Source: Styela clava
Lineage: Eukaryota
Assembly: GCF_964204865.1 (NCBI RefSeq)
Contig: NC_135261.1
Span: 12,524,001-12,588,000 of the forward strand
Direction: 5' to 3'
Length of the DNA stretch: 64,000 nt
Positions within the stretch are counted from its first letter, which is position 1, and the number at the start of each line of letters is the position of its first letter. The notes beneath the pieces are model-generated. The model saw only the letters and a list, made by a program, of their open reading frames with translations. It was not told the DNA's origin and made no database searches. Below, piece after piece: positions 52,541 to 64,000 of this stretch. The translations under genes and the position numbers were made by a program.

Positions 52541-53654
52541 ATTTGAACCGAGAGTTATGTTTTGAAATTAAAAAAATAACGAGAAATCCTTCTAGTGTTT
52601 TAAATGAAAATCGGAATAAACACCTTCAAATTTCGACTACAAAACAGAAACAAATAACTACATCATCGCACGTTCTATTAGTGCTGATAGTGGTAAATGA
52701 TTCTGGATAGTTTCATAGACGTTGACAGTAAATTGTAAATTGATATGCGAGTACTTATTGGACACGTCAGTGTACATAACGATTGTTTCAATATCATGTT
52801 ATTGTTCTTGTTAGTAATATTCTTCTCTTCCGTCATGATGAAATCGCTTTTCTCTTCGAATACTGGATTGCAATTGCTTTAAATATTTTCAGTGGTTAAA
52901 GATTAGTATGAAACTAATTTTGATCATTTCCTGTACCAATAAGCGTCATGTCATTCAAACACATGAGGACTCGAGTGACTCAATTCAGCTGTACTTGTTT
53001 CACCAGAAATCTTGTGCGATTTTTAACTCTGTAAACACCACGAAAACGAATGGCCAATGAATCGCCATGAATATTCCCTACTGTGTTGGATGCGACTTCC
53101 TATATATATTTTCCCATGGACATACCAGATTCAAGCGCGAAAACACCATCGCAGATGTGATGCAAGTCATATCCAACGATCTTCAATTAGTTAAACTTCC
53201 TATATACATTTTCCTATGAACATACCAGAGTCGAGCGAGAAACATTATTGCAAATCTGATGAAAGTCATATCACACTGAATTTATTCATCGGTTACCACC
53301 AAATTCTTCATAATATTGATCATGTGGAGAATTGTAATATATCGAGTCAAAACATTTTATATAGAGTAAATTTGCTATTACAAAAACATGAAAAGATTCA
53401 TGCTAAAGCAGTGATTCCTCATCCGCGCACCCGTCTGACGCAGCCTTGGGGAGAACGGAGCTGTATGAAACGTAATTTGTCGCGATATGACAATTCGTCG
53501 ATGCCTGTGGCAAAAAAGGGAATAGTCATTTAACATCGGATAGGAATAAAAGAATAGTTGTTCTAAACCAAAGTGACCATCTTTAATTGTTATTATTATT
53601 ATTTCTTATATTCTTTCATTATAACCGAATCAACATAATGTGTTCCCTGATGAT

Positions 53655-54012
53655 ATTGTAGCTACGCTCTAGTAGACCCCTATTCTCAGTCGTTCTGTCT
53701 GTCTGTCGGTGTGTGTGTTCAGATGCAGCGTCCGAACTGCTGTGCGTATCCGGTTAAAATTTTTCACGTGCGTTCCACCGAAAATTCGATTCCATGGCAA
53801 CAGCAAAAAAACGCGCAGATCGTTGGGAAATTTCTAGTTCTTCCACAATTTGTCGCAATTATCTCGTAAACTAACTCGAAAATTAGAATTCCGAAATCGT
53901 TGTTACGTAGTATGTTGTCGTCATAGGTGCAATATTGCGTTAATGGTAACGGTTGATTGAAGTACGAGCCGCCTCGTGTACCTCGTGTGTGCTGGACGCC
54001 TATCGGCTTGTT
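53655..54012 (+). mobile_element. Possible DINE-1-like element
   Basis: (CTGT)n microsatellite near the 5-prime end, ends CTTGTT. subTIRs not clear. Confidence 0.4.
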
Positions 54013-55052
54013 ATATATTTATATTTGTTTTGATACAGTTTTGCCATCGTAGCCGCCTTTCTCATAATTGGGTGAATGACAGAAATTCATTCGTTATTGT
54101 GTAAGATGTTGACTGTAGATACCCCGAGGGATTCGCGGTTTTGAAGTTGGCAATTTCACTGCTGGAATACCAGTGGTAGTGTACAACTTTCCGAATCCGA
54201 CAAATTTCCTAGACTTGTTATTTACACAGCTTCCGGCTTTACAAAGGAGGTCATCGGGTCTATTACGTAAACGACTGTCTGCTGAAATTGCGATGCAGAG
54301 CTCACACTATATAGTGATACCTCGATTGATTTACGTCATTTGCACATTAGGATTGATGAATGTCTTACATCGGTATACTATCGTGGGCAATTGCCATTGG
54401 CAAAGTTGGAAAATTTTGTTAATTTCTATTTCTTTCGGAGAAAAATATCCAACCTACTATTTATGTGATCATTTAATATTTGTTTGCGTTTTTGTCCAAA
54501 ACGTATTACTGGGTTTCCAACGGCAGAGACTGGAGACTCGTTCTCAATTTGTACGGGCTGTTATATTTACGCTAATCTTGACAATTGGTATTCATTTTCT
54601 TGGACTTTCGCTACAAATTATTTTATGTTTCAATCATTTCAATATTTCGTTGCCAGTTCGTGAGTAAATGATCTTTAATATCACCGTCCCGCCGTTGGCG
54701 TAAAGATTTGAGAACCACTGGTTTATAAAGCATGAGATTGTTCACCAGAAAGAATATCGGGGATTCGTTGCTACGGTCGATGTCATTCTTTTTAAAAAAT
54801 AAGTTCAAGTTCCAGAAAAAGCAATATTGGACTAAGAATAATAAATCTGCTCCTGATTTACCCTCTTTCTGTGACCATTTACAAATACGTGATTAACCTT
54901 CTTGATTCGTTGCAATGAATCTGCTTTGCGTGATCTATTTCAAAAACCCGCTAATCGATGACATTTAACCTCTAAAATGCTCTTCAAGACTGCCGAAAAT
55001 GGGGCCTGAAGGAATCTAACCAACAATTTAAATCCAAATGATCATATAAATC

Positions 55053-55902
55053 AACAAGAGAGCTATGCTCAAATATATGGACACTTAGAATAAAACGAAA
55101 TATATTATCATCACTTCACCGACAACCATAGGGTACTCTACGCCTTCGGTACGATTCGGTACGTGAATTGAAATACCAAGTGATCCGAGTCACTTCTCCA
55201 TTGCGGTACCAGGCCAAAATAAGAAGAAAATATCGATTCCCCGATAATAATATGCGTACGGTAACATACCAGTATCTGATATTCGCTCGCGGAACGGTTC
55301 TTCCTTGACATATAAGAACTCAATTCATTTCCTCTTATCAAATAAAAAAAAAGATAGGCTACAAAATTTATGTTGTTTACATCAGAACTGTAACGAAAAG
55401 ATGAGAGCTTAAGTTATTCGAACGTGGAACGGTTCTTCTCTGGCATATAAAAACTCAATTCAATTTGCTTTTATCAAAATTAACAAATACGCTAGGCTAG
55501 ATTTTCTAGAAAACTTACATTTGACATTACTGCAATAGTAAGATCGCGAAAGGAATAAGTCGATTTCACTCTGGTACGATAACTGAGCAGTACCGCACCT
55601 GCAGGCTCGATCACGCAACCGCTTGAAATAAGTTTCAAAACAGTGTTCCCAGAAGTAAATTTGAAAACAGCGAAATTCCGAATGAAATATCAGATCTCAT
55701 AGGATTCATAGAAAATTTAGGAATAAATAAAAGTAATAGCATTCTGAAAAAAAATATCAAACTTTAACCACTGAAAATTTCGAAGCAATTGGTCCAGTAT
55801 TCGAAGAGAAAAGCGATTTTATCATGACAAAGGAGAAGACGAATAATAACAACAACAACATAATATTGAAACGATCGTTATGTCCACTAAAGTGTCCAAC
55901 AA
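55053..55902 (-). mobile_element. Helentron/DINE-1-like element, longer family member
   Basis: Near-identical termini to 6427-6678 with a different interior. Confidence 0.65.
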
Positions 55903-57535
55903 AGCAGCACAGAAACTTTTAAGCAAAGCAACACCTGTCATAAATTACTATTAAAACCGTGGGTAGACTACATACAGTATGGATTCTACATGTGTTTTAC
56001 TCGTGTTTCCTACAAAGTCGCCCTTAGATATTTCCGTAATTTCACTGTAAACTAACTTCTTTGTTTCAAATATTTCTTGGATACTAGAATTTCAAACGCG
56101 CTTTTTCAAGTTCAACAAAGCAAGTAACATGAGTCTAACCGTGCCAATACAAGTTAATGATTATTCATCCGGAGTTTTCAGAACATGTCATTTTTAAAGC
56201 GACGGTTTTAAACTTGATAAATAATAGTAAATAAATATTCATGGCAAATAATATTCACCTAAGTCTAAATTTCACCTGGTTATATGTTTAAAACGACATA
56301 TGCAAGATAAACTTCTCAAGGATGTACGCGGTTAGCTATAACGGATAATCCCATTTTTATCTTTTGCTGGAATACTTACTAAAATTACCGAATTAAAACG
56401 GAATTCATAATAAAATCACCAACGCCGACATGGCTGGGCTAGTATAACGAAATATCCGTAAAACATTAACTGATATATTGCTGAAAATAGTTTGTTTCAC
56501 ATACGTGTGACTGACGTATACTCATGACCGTAACTAAAATAACAGTTCAAAATTTTTCAAGTGTTGTGCTTGAGTTGAATAGCTTAAAATCATAACACTT
56601 ATATTGCAACTAATAACAGACGTAACAAGGAAATGTATCCCATATTCGTTTGTCATCTAATTCTGACTGCTTACTCTACTTACTGACAATTCTGCATGTC
56701 TGGCTTGCACAATACGGTATTCGCGTTGTACATAATGACATATTTCGGAAAAGCAAACTCCTTTTCCCGGTTAAGATTTTTCTTGCCTTGTATACTATAC
56801 TATTGGGCTCTTTCTTAGCATTCTACCAAATTACAATGCTACTTTCTCGACTAGTAGTCAGCATGCTGCGTTTCCACATTTGACAAATCATTAGAAAATC
56901 ACACCTATGATTACTTTTCGCGCATAGAAGAAGATCGCATTTTATTGTGCATAACAATGTAACAAAAGAGTGCTAGATTTCTACCGACGTAGCAGTTGTC
57001 ACAGCTGTTCTCCACAACTATGTACACCCATTCAGTATGTTCCCGTCGATAGTTATTCCGATACACATTCCCCTCAGTTTATTGTTTAATGTGAGACAGT
57101 GTATTTTGTTTTTTAAAATAATTGAAAATCGCTAAGTAAAATGACTTCAAACTAAATAAATACGAATGATTGAACGTTGTTAACTCGATGAAAAGTAATG
57201 AAACTGTTTTGAATTTACCAAAAAAAACCTCCATTTTACAAATTAATATTGCCAAGTTATAGATGGAACGAACTTTCGAGTTCGATTTGCATAGAAAATT
57301 CAATAGTTAATGGATAATATTACAAACGCAGTTCGTTCTGAAGGAGATTTAACTTAGCAGTTTTATACTTTAGTTTTATATAAACTTACTATTGTTCAGC
57401 ATACTACAGATAACGATAACATTTGAAAATCGCTAATATTATTGGTTTAGTTTGCATATCATGAATGAACAAATTTTTAAAGACTCATTTTAACTTTACC
57501 CTTCAAAAAGCTTATCATAAAACAAGGAGTATGGC

Positions 57536-57885
57536 CAGGCTTGTCCATGGGATGGGATGAGACACCACAGATTCGTATTTCCCATGGAACACGCGGGACA
57601 CGAAACCCGTATGATTTTCGGGGAAATGATGGTGAAACTTTTCTTTTTGGACTTCGTGTCCATATATTTAAGCACACCTCTCTTGTTAGTTATAAAGAGC
57701 AAATTTCGTTGTTTTGCATGTCTCTTCGTACATGTAGTCCTATTTAGTAGACGCTAAACCTAAATTTAACACTTTTTATCGGATTTTATTCCAATGGGAA
57801 TCCCTTGGGATGGGATGGGACAGGCATAATTGCTATGGAGTGAGATGGGAATGAGACTGAAAAATATGTCCCATGGACAAGCCGG
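57536..57885. mobile_element. hAT MITE (CAGGCTTGTCCATGGGA family)
   Basis: TIR CAGGCTTGTCCATGGGA, 8-bp TSD agtatggc, ATGGG subterminal repeats. Confidence 0.85.
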
Positions 57886-58137
57886 AGTATGGCAAACAAT
57901 GTAGAACTTCTGTATCCGTATATTCACTGACACTTTAGAGTTTAGACATTAGAAACAGAATGCTGATGAAATCGAACAACTCTTTCAAGTGACTTCAATA
58001 TCAAGTGTTCCATTTGAATGCAAAATTTTCAGTATTACTGTGAGCTCTAAACTGATATCGAAGTATGCAAACACCTAGATATATTCGATAAAATAAGCCT
58101 GTGATTTTTCATTAAACTTATCGCATAAGTGGCACGT

Positions 58138-58340
58138 TTACTGGATGAATTCTTTTTAGTCGGTTCCATACCACCACTGGTTGAGATCTGCAATAACTTT
58201 CGAAGTTGTTATGCGTTCATTATTACGCAATTTTCTGTTAAGATGATAAAGACCAAATCGTTCGTATTCCGTCATACCTTTCTGTATTATATACTCGGTT
58301 TTTCACATTTGAAACCAATTTGAAGGACTGCTATAACTAC
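58138..58340 (-). pseudogene. Decayed remnant of a third fucosyltransferase last exon
   Basis: Translates SNWFQM*KTEYIIQKGMTEYERFGLYHLNRKLRNNERITTSKVIADLNQWWYGTD*KEFIQ*, which aligns to the copy A C-terminus with two internal stops. Confidence 0.88.
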
Positions 58341-58966
58341 TGTAGCGTATATTTCAATAAAAAAAATTTATCGCTCACTATCCTGTCATTTTATATATAT
58401 TTTTGGGCCCGAATAGGCTCGTCTGGGTTGACGGCCTGTCTTTACTGTCACTAAGTTTTCCACCTTGACATTAGGGGAGTCCTTTCGGTCACTCCAGAAA
58501 GAAATAAGGAGCAATATTAATTTCAGATGCCGATTTTAGTATCTTAATTATATGATAATGGTTCTCATCGCTAAAATAAAAGTATACAAACAAAGGTTTT
58601 AGAGACGAAGATTATCTTCAGGAAAACTTCCAAATTCAGTTTTTGTAAGAAAAGTTGATGTACACGTATAAAATACGTATATTCAACATTTTAGCAGTAC
58701 AAGTATATATAACAATTTTCTAAAATGTAGAATGTAATGTTACACTAAACTAGAACCCAATACATAGCACATACGCTTAGAACAGCATGCGACATGCAGT
58801 TTTAAATTGAAAGCAGAGACAATCAAATCTGTTTTAAGAATATATTCTAATAATGTGCTATTTTGTGGAAAGTACTGGCCATAACATATTTCCTGTTATT
58901 GATATGTTTTATAGAGCTTATCACATCAGCGGCCTTTTGCGCCACGCTCTAAATGAAAATATTGTA

Positions 58967-59757
58967 CAGTGGAAACTCTACCTACGAAAGGCTCTCGATA
59001 CGAAATATCCAACTTACGAAAATTATTTTCGTGGAAATATTGCTTGGACTAACGTAATATTTTTCTACATACGATAGGCCGAAATGTCTAATTTGAAGGT
59101 GTTAGAATTTCGAATATTGCGCACATATCCTAGCGCCGACGTACATGTTTTGATTAAAAACATTTAACGATCATTTTATTTTATGTTTTATCGTAATCGA
59201 AGTCAGACAAGTGCGGCGGAAGTTTTGCATTTTCTTTCAATCTAGTGAATCTACAGCCTATAGAATATTATTTAGTATGCGGATTTTACTTTTTACTCGG
59301 TGTCGTTGATAATAATATCGTCCAGTTTGAGTTGGTGGTATTAATTCATAAATAAAAACCGACAGGAAGCGCCGTCTTGAAAAATAAAACACGATTTTCG
59401 GTCTTGCTGCTCCGTCTTAAGCAGATGAAATTTTGGTATCAGGTTCACTCATTTGATGATGATGATCGCGTAATACCAGTTGCGTCTTTCTGAACTAACG
59501 TTTAGTTTGCCGAGCAAAATAAAAATTAATGACCATGATAGCACAACTCTTAATAACTGTGTAAAGGTTTAATTGTGGCGTTTAGGTTAACGATGACGAT
59601 GGACTAAATAACACTCACGCTGACGATAAACAGTTGGGATTTATAAGAAAAATTTGCCGTGTCATATACTAAATTCGAGGTTTGTGGGGGCTTAGAAATT
59701 TTCCATATACCAAGAAGCTCCCGGAACGAATTAATTTCGTAGGTAGAGTTTTCACTG
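58967..59757. mobile_element. Tigger/pogo-like (Tc1/mariner) MITE, full length
   Basis: TA TSD, 23-bp TIR CAGTG(G/A)AAACTCTACCTACGAAA. Confidence 0.9.
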
Positions 59758-60468
59758 TAATCTGTAAATTGTATCTCGATAATTCTGCCCGTTCTGCACT
59801 GCTTTATTTTACGATAGTTCCTACGTGATCTGTTTTCCGTAGATGTGCAATTGCATTCCTTGTTTGTCAATGCTGGACTTTGTTATAGCAGCCAATTTTG
59901 CAACTACAGTAATACGTTCCTAAACCGCAGAGTTGACAAGCAATGAAAGAGCATTGAGACGATCCGTCTTTCTCGATTCGCATTACCGCTTCCTGGTTGC
60001 AATCTGTCTAAAGCAAACAGTATTACATGCTCCACCAAATGTAATCTTAATTTTCATGTACCGTATATAACGCCACCCGTCTCAATACGACGTGGTGTAT
60101 GTAGCCGTTTCGCTTTTATCATCAAATTCTGTTTAATGACTCGAATTCAACATGCAACTTATTGGTGATATCTGCTGCGCATAACTGTGATGCTGGTTCA
60201 GCATATCCAGTAAACAGTTTTGAACAATTCTCAACAAATAAATAACCGAACGTCTATCACTTTCTAAGTTTCTCAGCATTTAATTACAAATACCGGTTGG
60301 CATACTGTTGTAAACTGCATGTCTGAGAAAGTCTGATCTTGATCATACGGAACGTTACAGAAATATATTCGTGCTAGTGTGCAGCATGACTCTTGAATTG
60401 CATATTGAACATATTTGGTTGTCTTCTGTTTTCAAATTTAATTTTAAACTGTTAAATCATACCCTTAC

Positions 60469-63400
60469 CAGCTGGCCGCTAAATTTTCTGTCTGCCTGTC
60501 GTATGTTTTAAACATTTTGGGATGGAAAACGTCCATTTTTTCTAACCTTCTGTCTATTCTCAAGTAAACTGAGCGATATAATACAGATTCAATAAAGCTT
60601 TGGTAAATACTTTATTACCATGTGCTCAATTTACAAATTCATTCAATGTTATACAATATCGTCTACCAAATAAAAAGTGCACAACTCGATTAAAAAATGT
60701 AACTACTGTAAATTGTAATTTTGAGAATTTTACAAAGTAAAGTTCAGTAACAGGTATATTCTACTCAATAAATCAAAAATACAAAATGTTTTGCTGCTTT
60801 TTCATAGTGTAAGCCACTCTCAAAGCTAACGACGTCAATAGCTGGTATAATACTGTGTTATATTGTTTACTAAATATAACACTTGGTGAACAATATTTGT
60901 TCTGTATAAAAGAAAACCTTAATCAGGCGTCAAGCCCACGAATACAAAATGAATAAGAATGCTGATGATTTCGAACAAGTCAATCGGCAGAACACTCCGC
61001 GCTTGATCGAATGCGCACGTTGTCAAGCCTCATGAAATTTCCGCGATAATTTTCACAAAATATTTCCCAGCGATTACCGTAATTATATGTCATACATTTA
61101 CATTTATCTGATATTCTTACGTAATACGTAACGTTCAAAATATAAACTCAGACCAGTAACTTAATACATGTACTGTGTACTGGCGGTAGCAACAAGGTAT
61201 CGTGGTATATAAAAATGACGCCATACACGACTCTTTAACCACATAAAGTCAGGGATTCTATAATATGCAATTTATTGAAGGGTGATTATTTGCCCCCATC
61301 GCTTCTCATAGTTCTGAAAGGATCTAAAATCAAGCTATTTATCATTCGACGGATAACATAATTTGTTTGATGTTTGAAGTTTGATGTTGGGGGCATTTAT
61401 TATCCAAATTTGGAAACAGTGAAAGCAAAAAGCTTACCGTGTACATAGGTTAATAATCAGTAATAGTAAATAACATGCCGTTCTCTTTTCTCACTGAAGC
61501 AATTGTTGCGGATGAATGCATATAGTTTTTGGAGAGAACAATTACGCTGTAGCGCTGAGTGCAATTGCATCAACAAATTTGAACTGAAAGGATTCAGATA
61601 TTGAGTTATTCGAATAGCACTGATGTTACGAATTACAACATAAATTTAAGGGATGGAAAAAAACGGGGACCGCGATATTTTGAAAGCCACCTGTGTTATC
61701 TATGCTATTGAATCAGTGTTTTAACCCTCTTTGCTACTGACATCAAAAGTCTTACTTAATCATTTCATCAATTTAGTCACTTGAAGGCCAACACTCTTAT
61801 GGTACTAACCCTTCCTAAACCATCATCTGAAGATTTCCGGGACTCAGTCTTACCGTCTTCCAGATAAACTTATTACTTATCGATTTTGATCGGTCAGTAT
61901 GCTGATAGGTATTTGTCTGTTTGTCTGTTAGATGTACGCGATATCTCACGAGGTTGATCTGCTCCAAATTTTGCATGTGCATTCAAAATATCTCGGACCA
62001 GAAGCCTATTGATTTTGGATGAATTATGTCGTATAACTAGCGAGTTACTAATTAATTAGTGATGGGACACGCGGTGTCACTATTGAGTGAGAGCGAAGGA
62101 TACACGCCGCTAGATCGATAAGTCGGCGGTCTCAGATCGCTATCTCGTTATATATTAACAAATTAACATCTGCTTGCGTCTCTTCGTCATATGCGAAATG
62201 TGAATGTCTTGTATTCATATTTTTTTTAATTTTATACCCCACTATTTTGATCAAAATTCGTATTCAGCATGATCTACTTTTCGGAGTATTTTTAACAATC
62301 GCTGCTTAAAAGCATTTTCTACGACGAGCTATACTTACCATCCCATTCACATAAACTGATCCAAGTATCACGTAAATCAAGACTTGAAAGAAACCTCGTC
62401 AAAACTGCTACACGCTGTCTACCACTCTCCCACGTCTATCTCTGGTCCCGCAACTTTACTTTCAATTGATTTTTCTATCGTTTCTAGAATAATTTTGGCA
62501 TCAAGTTGGTTCCGCCTTGAGACGAAAACAATTTCGGAGGAATAATAATAGAATCAGAGCATTACACGCAACGCGTTGGCTTGCGAGAAAAATGAAATCA
62601 GAGTAAAGCCTATTAAACCTATTGCAGTAGGTAAGAATATAGCCATAATTTGAGCATCACAAACAATCCGATCATTGCGCGGGTTTATGGAAATAAAGAA
62701 ATAAAATATGGAATAGCCGAATTTGAGCATCACAAGTAATCTAGCCAGTGCGTAGGCTTCAGGCTGTAACGGAAGCGTGTAAGATTGGTAGTGAACAAGT
62801 AGATTCGGTACCTTCACCCGGAGCCCAGTTACAATGCCCGATAATCCAAGTTCCTTGTCAGTTCCACAAAAAATGTCTTGAATAACGTTTAACGTGTATT
62901 TAATATTGAAATACAGATCATTTGCCACATTTTATTTGTATCAGTATCATACATTGTATTAATTAAGCAAAACGACTGTCCGACATCCGCCATCTCATTT
63001 CCGCGGTAGTTTAGCGCAATTGGTTTCAGACTGTGTGTCTCATAGTTTTTCGAGTGTGAGTGATGCTTTTCGAATAAGCAAAAAATTCTATTTAGTCTGA
63101 CTAAATATGGCATTAATTATCTTAAGTGTAGAATAATATTTTCTGCTCCTAAATATTCAACTTTTCTTAATTGAACCCAGTTTGACATATTATCGTGATA
63201 TTATGACGAAGCAAATATTTATATTACTTCGGCAAAGCTTCCCGGCCTCGGCTAATTACTCCGGGGAATTTTACCAGATTAGGGTCAGGCCATTTTTTTA
63301 TTCAATTTTCCATATTTTAGTTCTATTACGAGTTCGGGGACTATCTGTGTTAGCCAAGAGAATATCCCAGATTTCAGTCCCTTTTCACAACTCGATGTGA

Positions 63401-63600
63401 CATAGGCGAACAAAATTGATTACATCCATATTGGTACACATACTTCTGGAGCGCCAACTTGTCAAATGAAATAATCTTGGCTGAATACCAATCATCAAGA
63501 ATTTACCATAATGATTATACATACATTCGTTTGAATATCAATTTATTTATTAAATATTCTTGATTTGTCATTCTTGAATATTTTTGCCGCTGCAGTATTT
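60469..63600 (-). pseudogene. Decayed Toll-like receptor-like gene (LRR / LRRCT / TM / intron-split TIR)
   Basis: By-eye frameshifted translation. LRR-like QLRKVEYLGAEN and SLKPIALN. LRRCT-like IFC...W...TCSLP...CD. TM IMAIFLPTAIGLIGFTLISFF. Splice-bounded segments ...WISLCEWD (donor 62339), KFVDAIALS/RYSVIVLSKNYMHS (61438-61583) and LLENRQKVR...RKFSGQL (60469-60568). Confidence 0.5.
61870..62149 (+). mobile_element. Helentron/DINE-1-like element, second family
   Basis: subTIR ACTTATCGAT/ATCGATAAGT, GTCT microsatellite, 3-prime hairpin GCGGTCTCAGATCGC, ends CTCGTT. Confidence 0.7.
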
Positions 63601-64000
63601 TTATTTATTTTCTGTTATTATTTGGGAATATTTATCATGCAATGTTTCACGCATTTACTCTGATTAAAACCTTGGGCAGGTAGACCGTAGGTTCTTAAAG
63701 TGCTCCGTACGAAGCCCCAGGCAGGTGCGAATTAAGCCCCTCTGGTGCCCTAAGCACTGAAGACTTTGGTGCCCCCTTATGTGTAATTTAATTACACATA
63801 AGGAAAACACGTGAATCTGACGAAAACACGTGAATCTGATGACACGTGAATCTGACGACAACAAACGGCGATTTTAACAAAATGCAGTAGCGCACGTTCT
63901 TAGCGACTTTTATTAAAAGGGAGGGGGTTCGACCCCAAATTTATTATTATATTTATCTAGTGTCAAATTTACAGACTCAATGTATAGAATTTATCTGTGA

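Noticed and set aside
62554-62556. TGA readthrough or selenocysteine in the TLR-like region
   Set aside because: Many other disablements nearby. CpG decay of CGA is the simpler explanation.

Overview
AT-rich, intron-containing eukaryotic DNA, probably a marine invertebrate (an ascidian is a guess from repeat content and gene style). There are no prokaryotic features, and most ORF-track entries are spurious. The one clearly intact gene is a 5-exon GT10 alpha-1,3/4-fucosyltransferase on the minus strand (36834-43228, 456 aa, type II membrane protein). A close paralog runs off the left edge and has an 11-nt frameshift, and a third copy survives only as a decayed last-exon remnant at about 58.2 kb. 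The rest is a mosaic of local duplications and transposons: a CR1/L2-type LINE with a nested truncated piggyBac, two Penelope-like insertions (one carrying minimal hammerhead ribozyme motifs), many hAT MITEs with 8-bp TSDs, Mutator/Foldback-like and Tigger-like MITEs, and Helentron/DINE-1-like elements. Manual frameshift-tolerant translation also suggests several heavily decayed TIR-domain/Toll-like-receptor remnants interleaved with the fucosyltransferase copies, plus a GPCR fragment. Those calls are by eye and need HMM confirmation.
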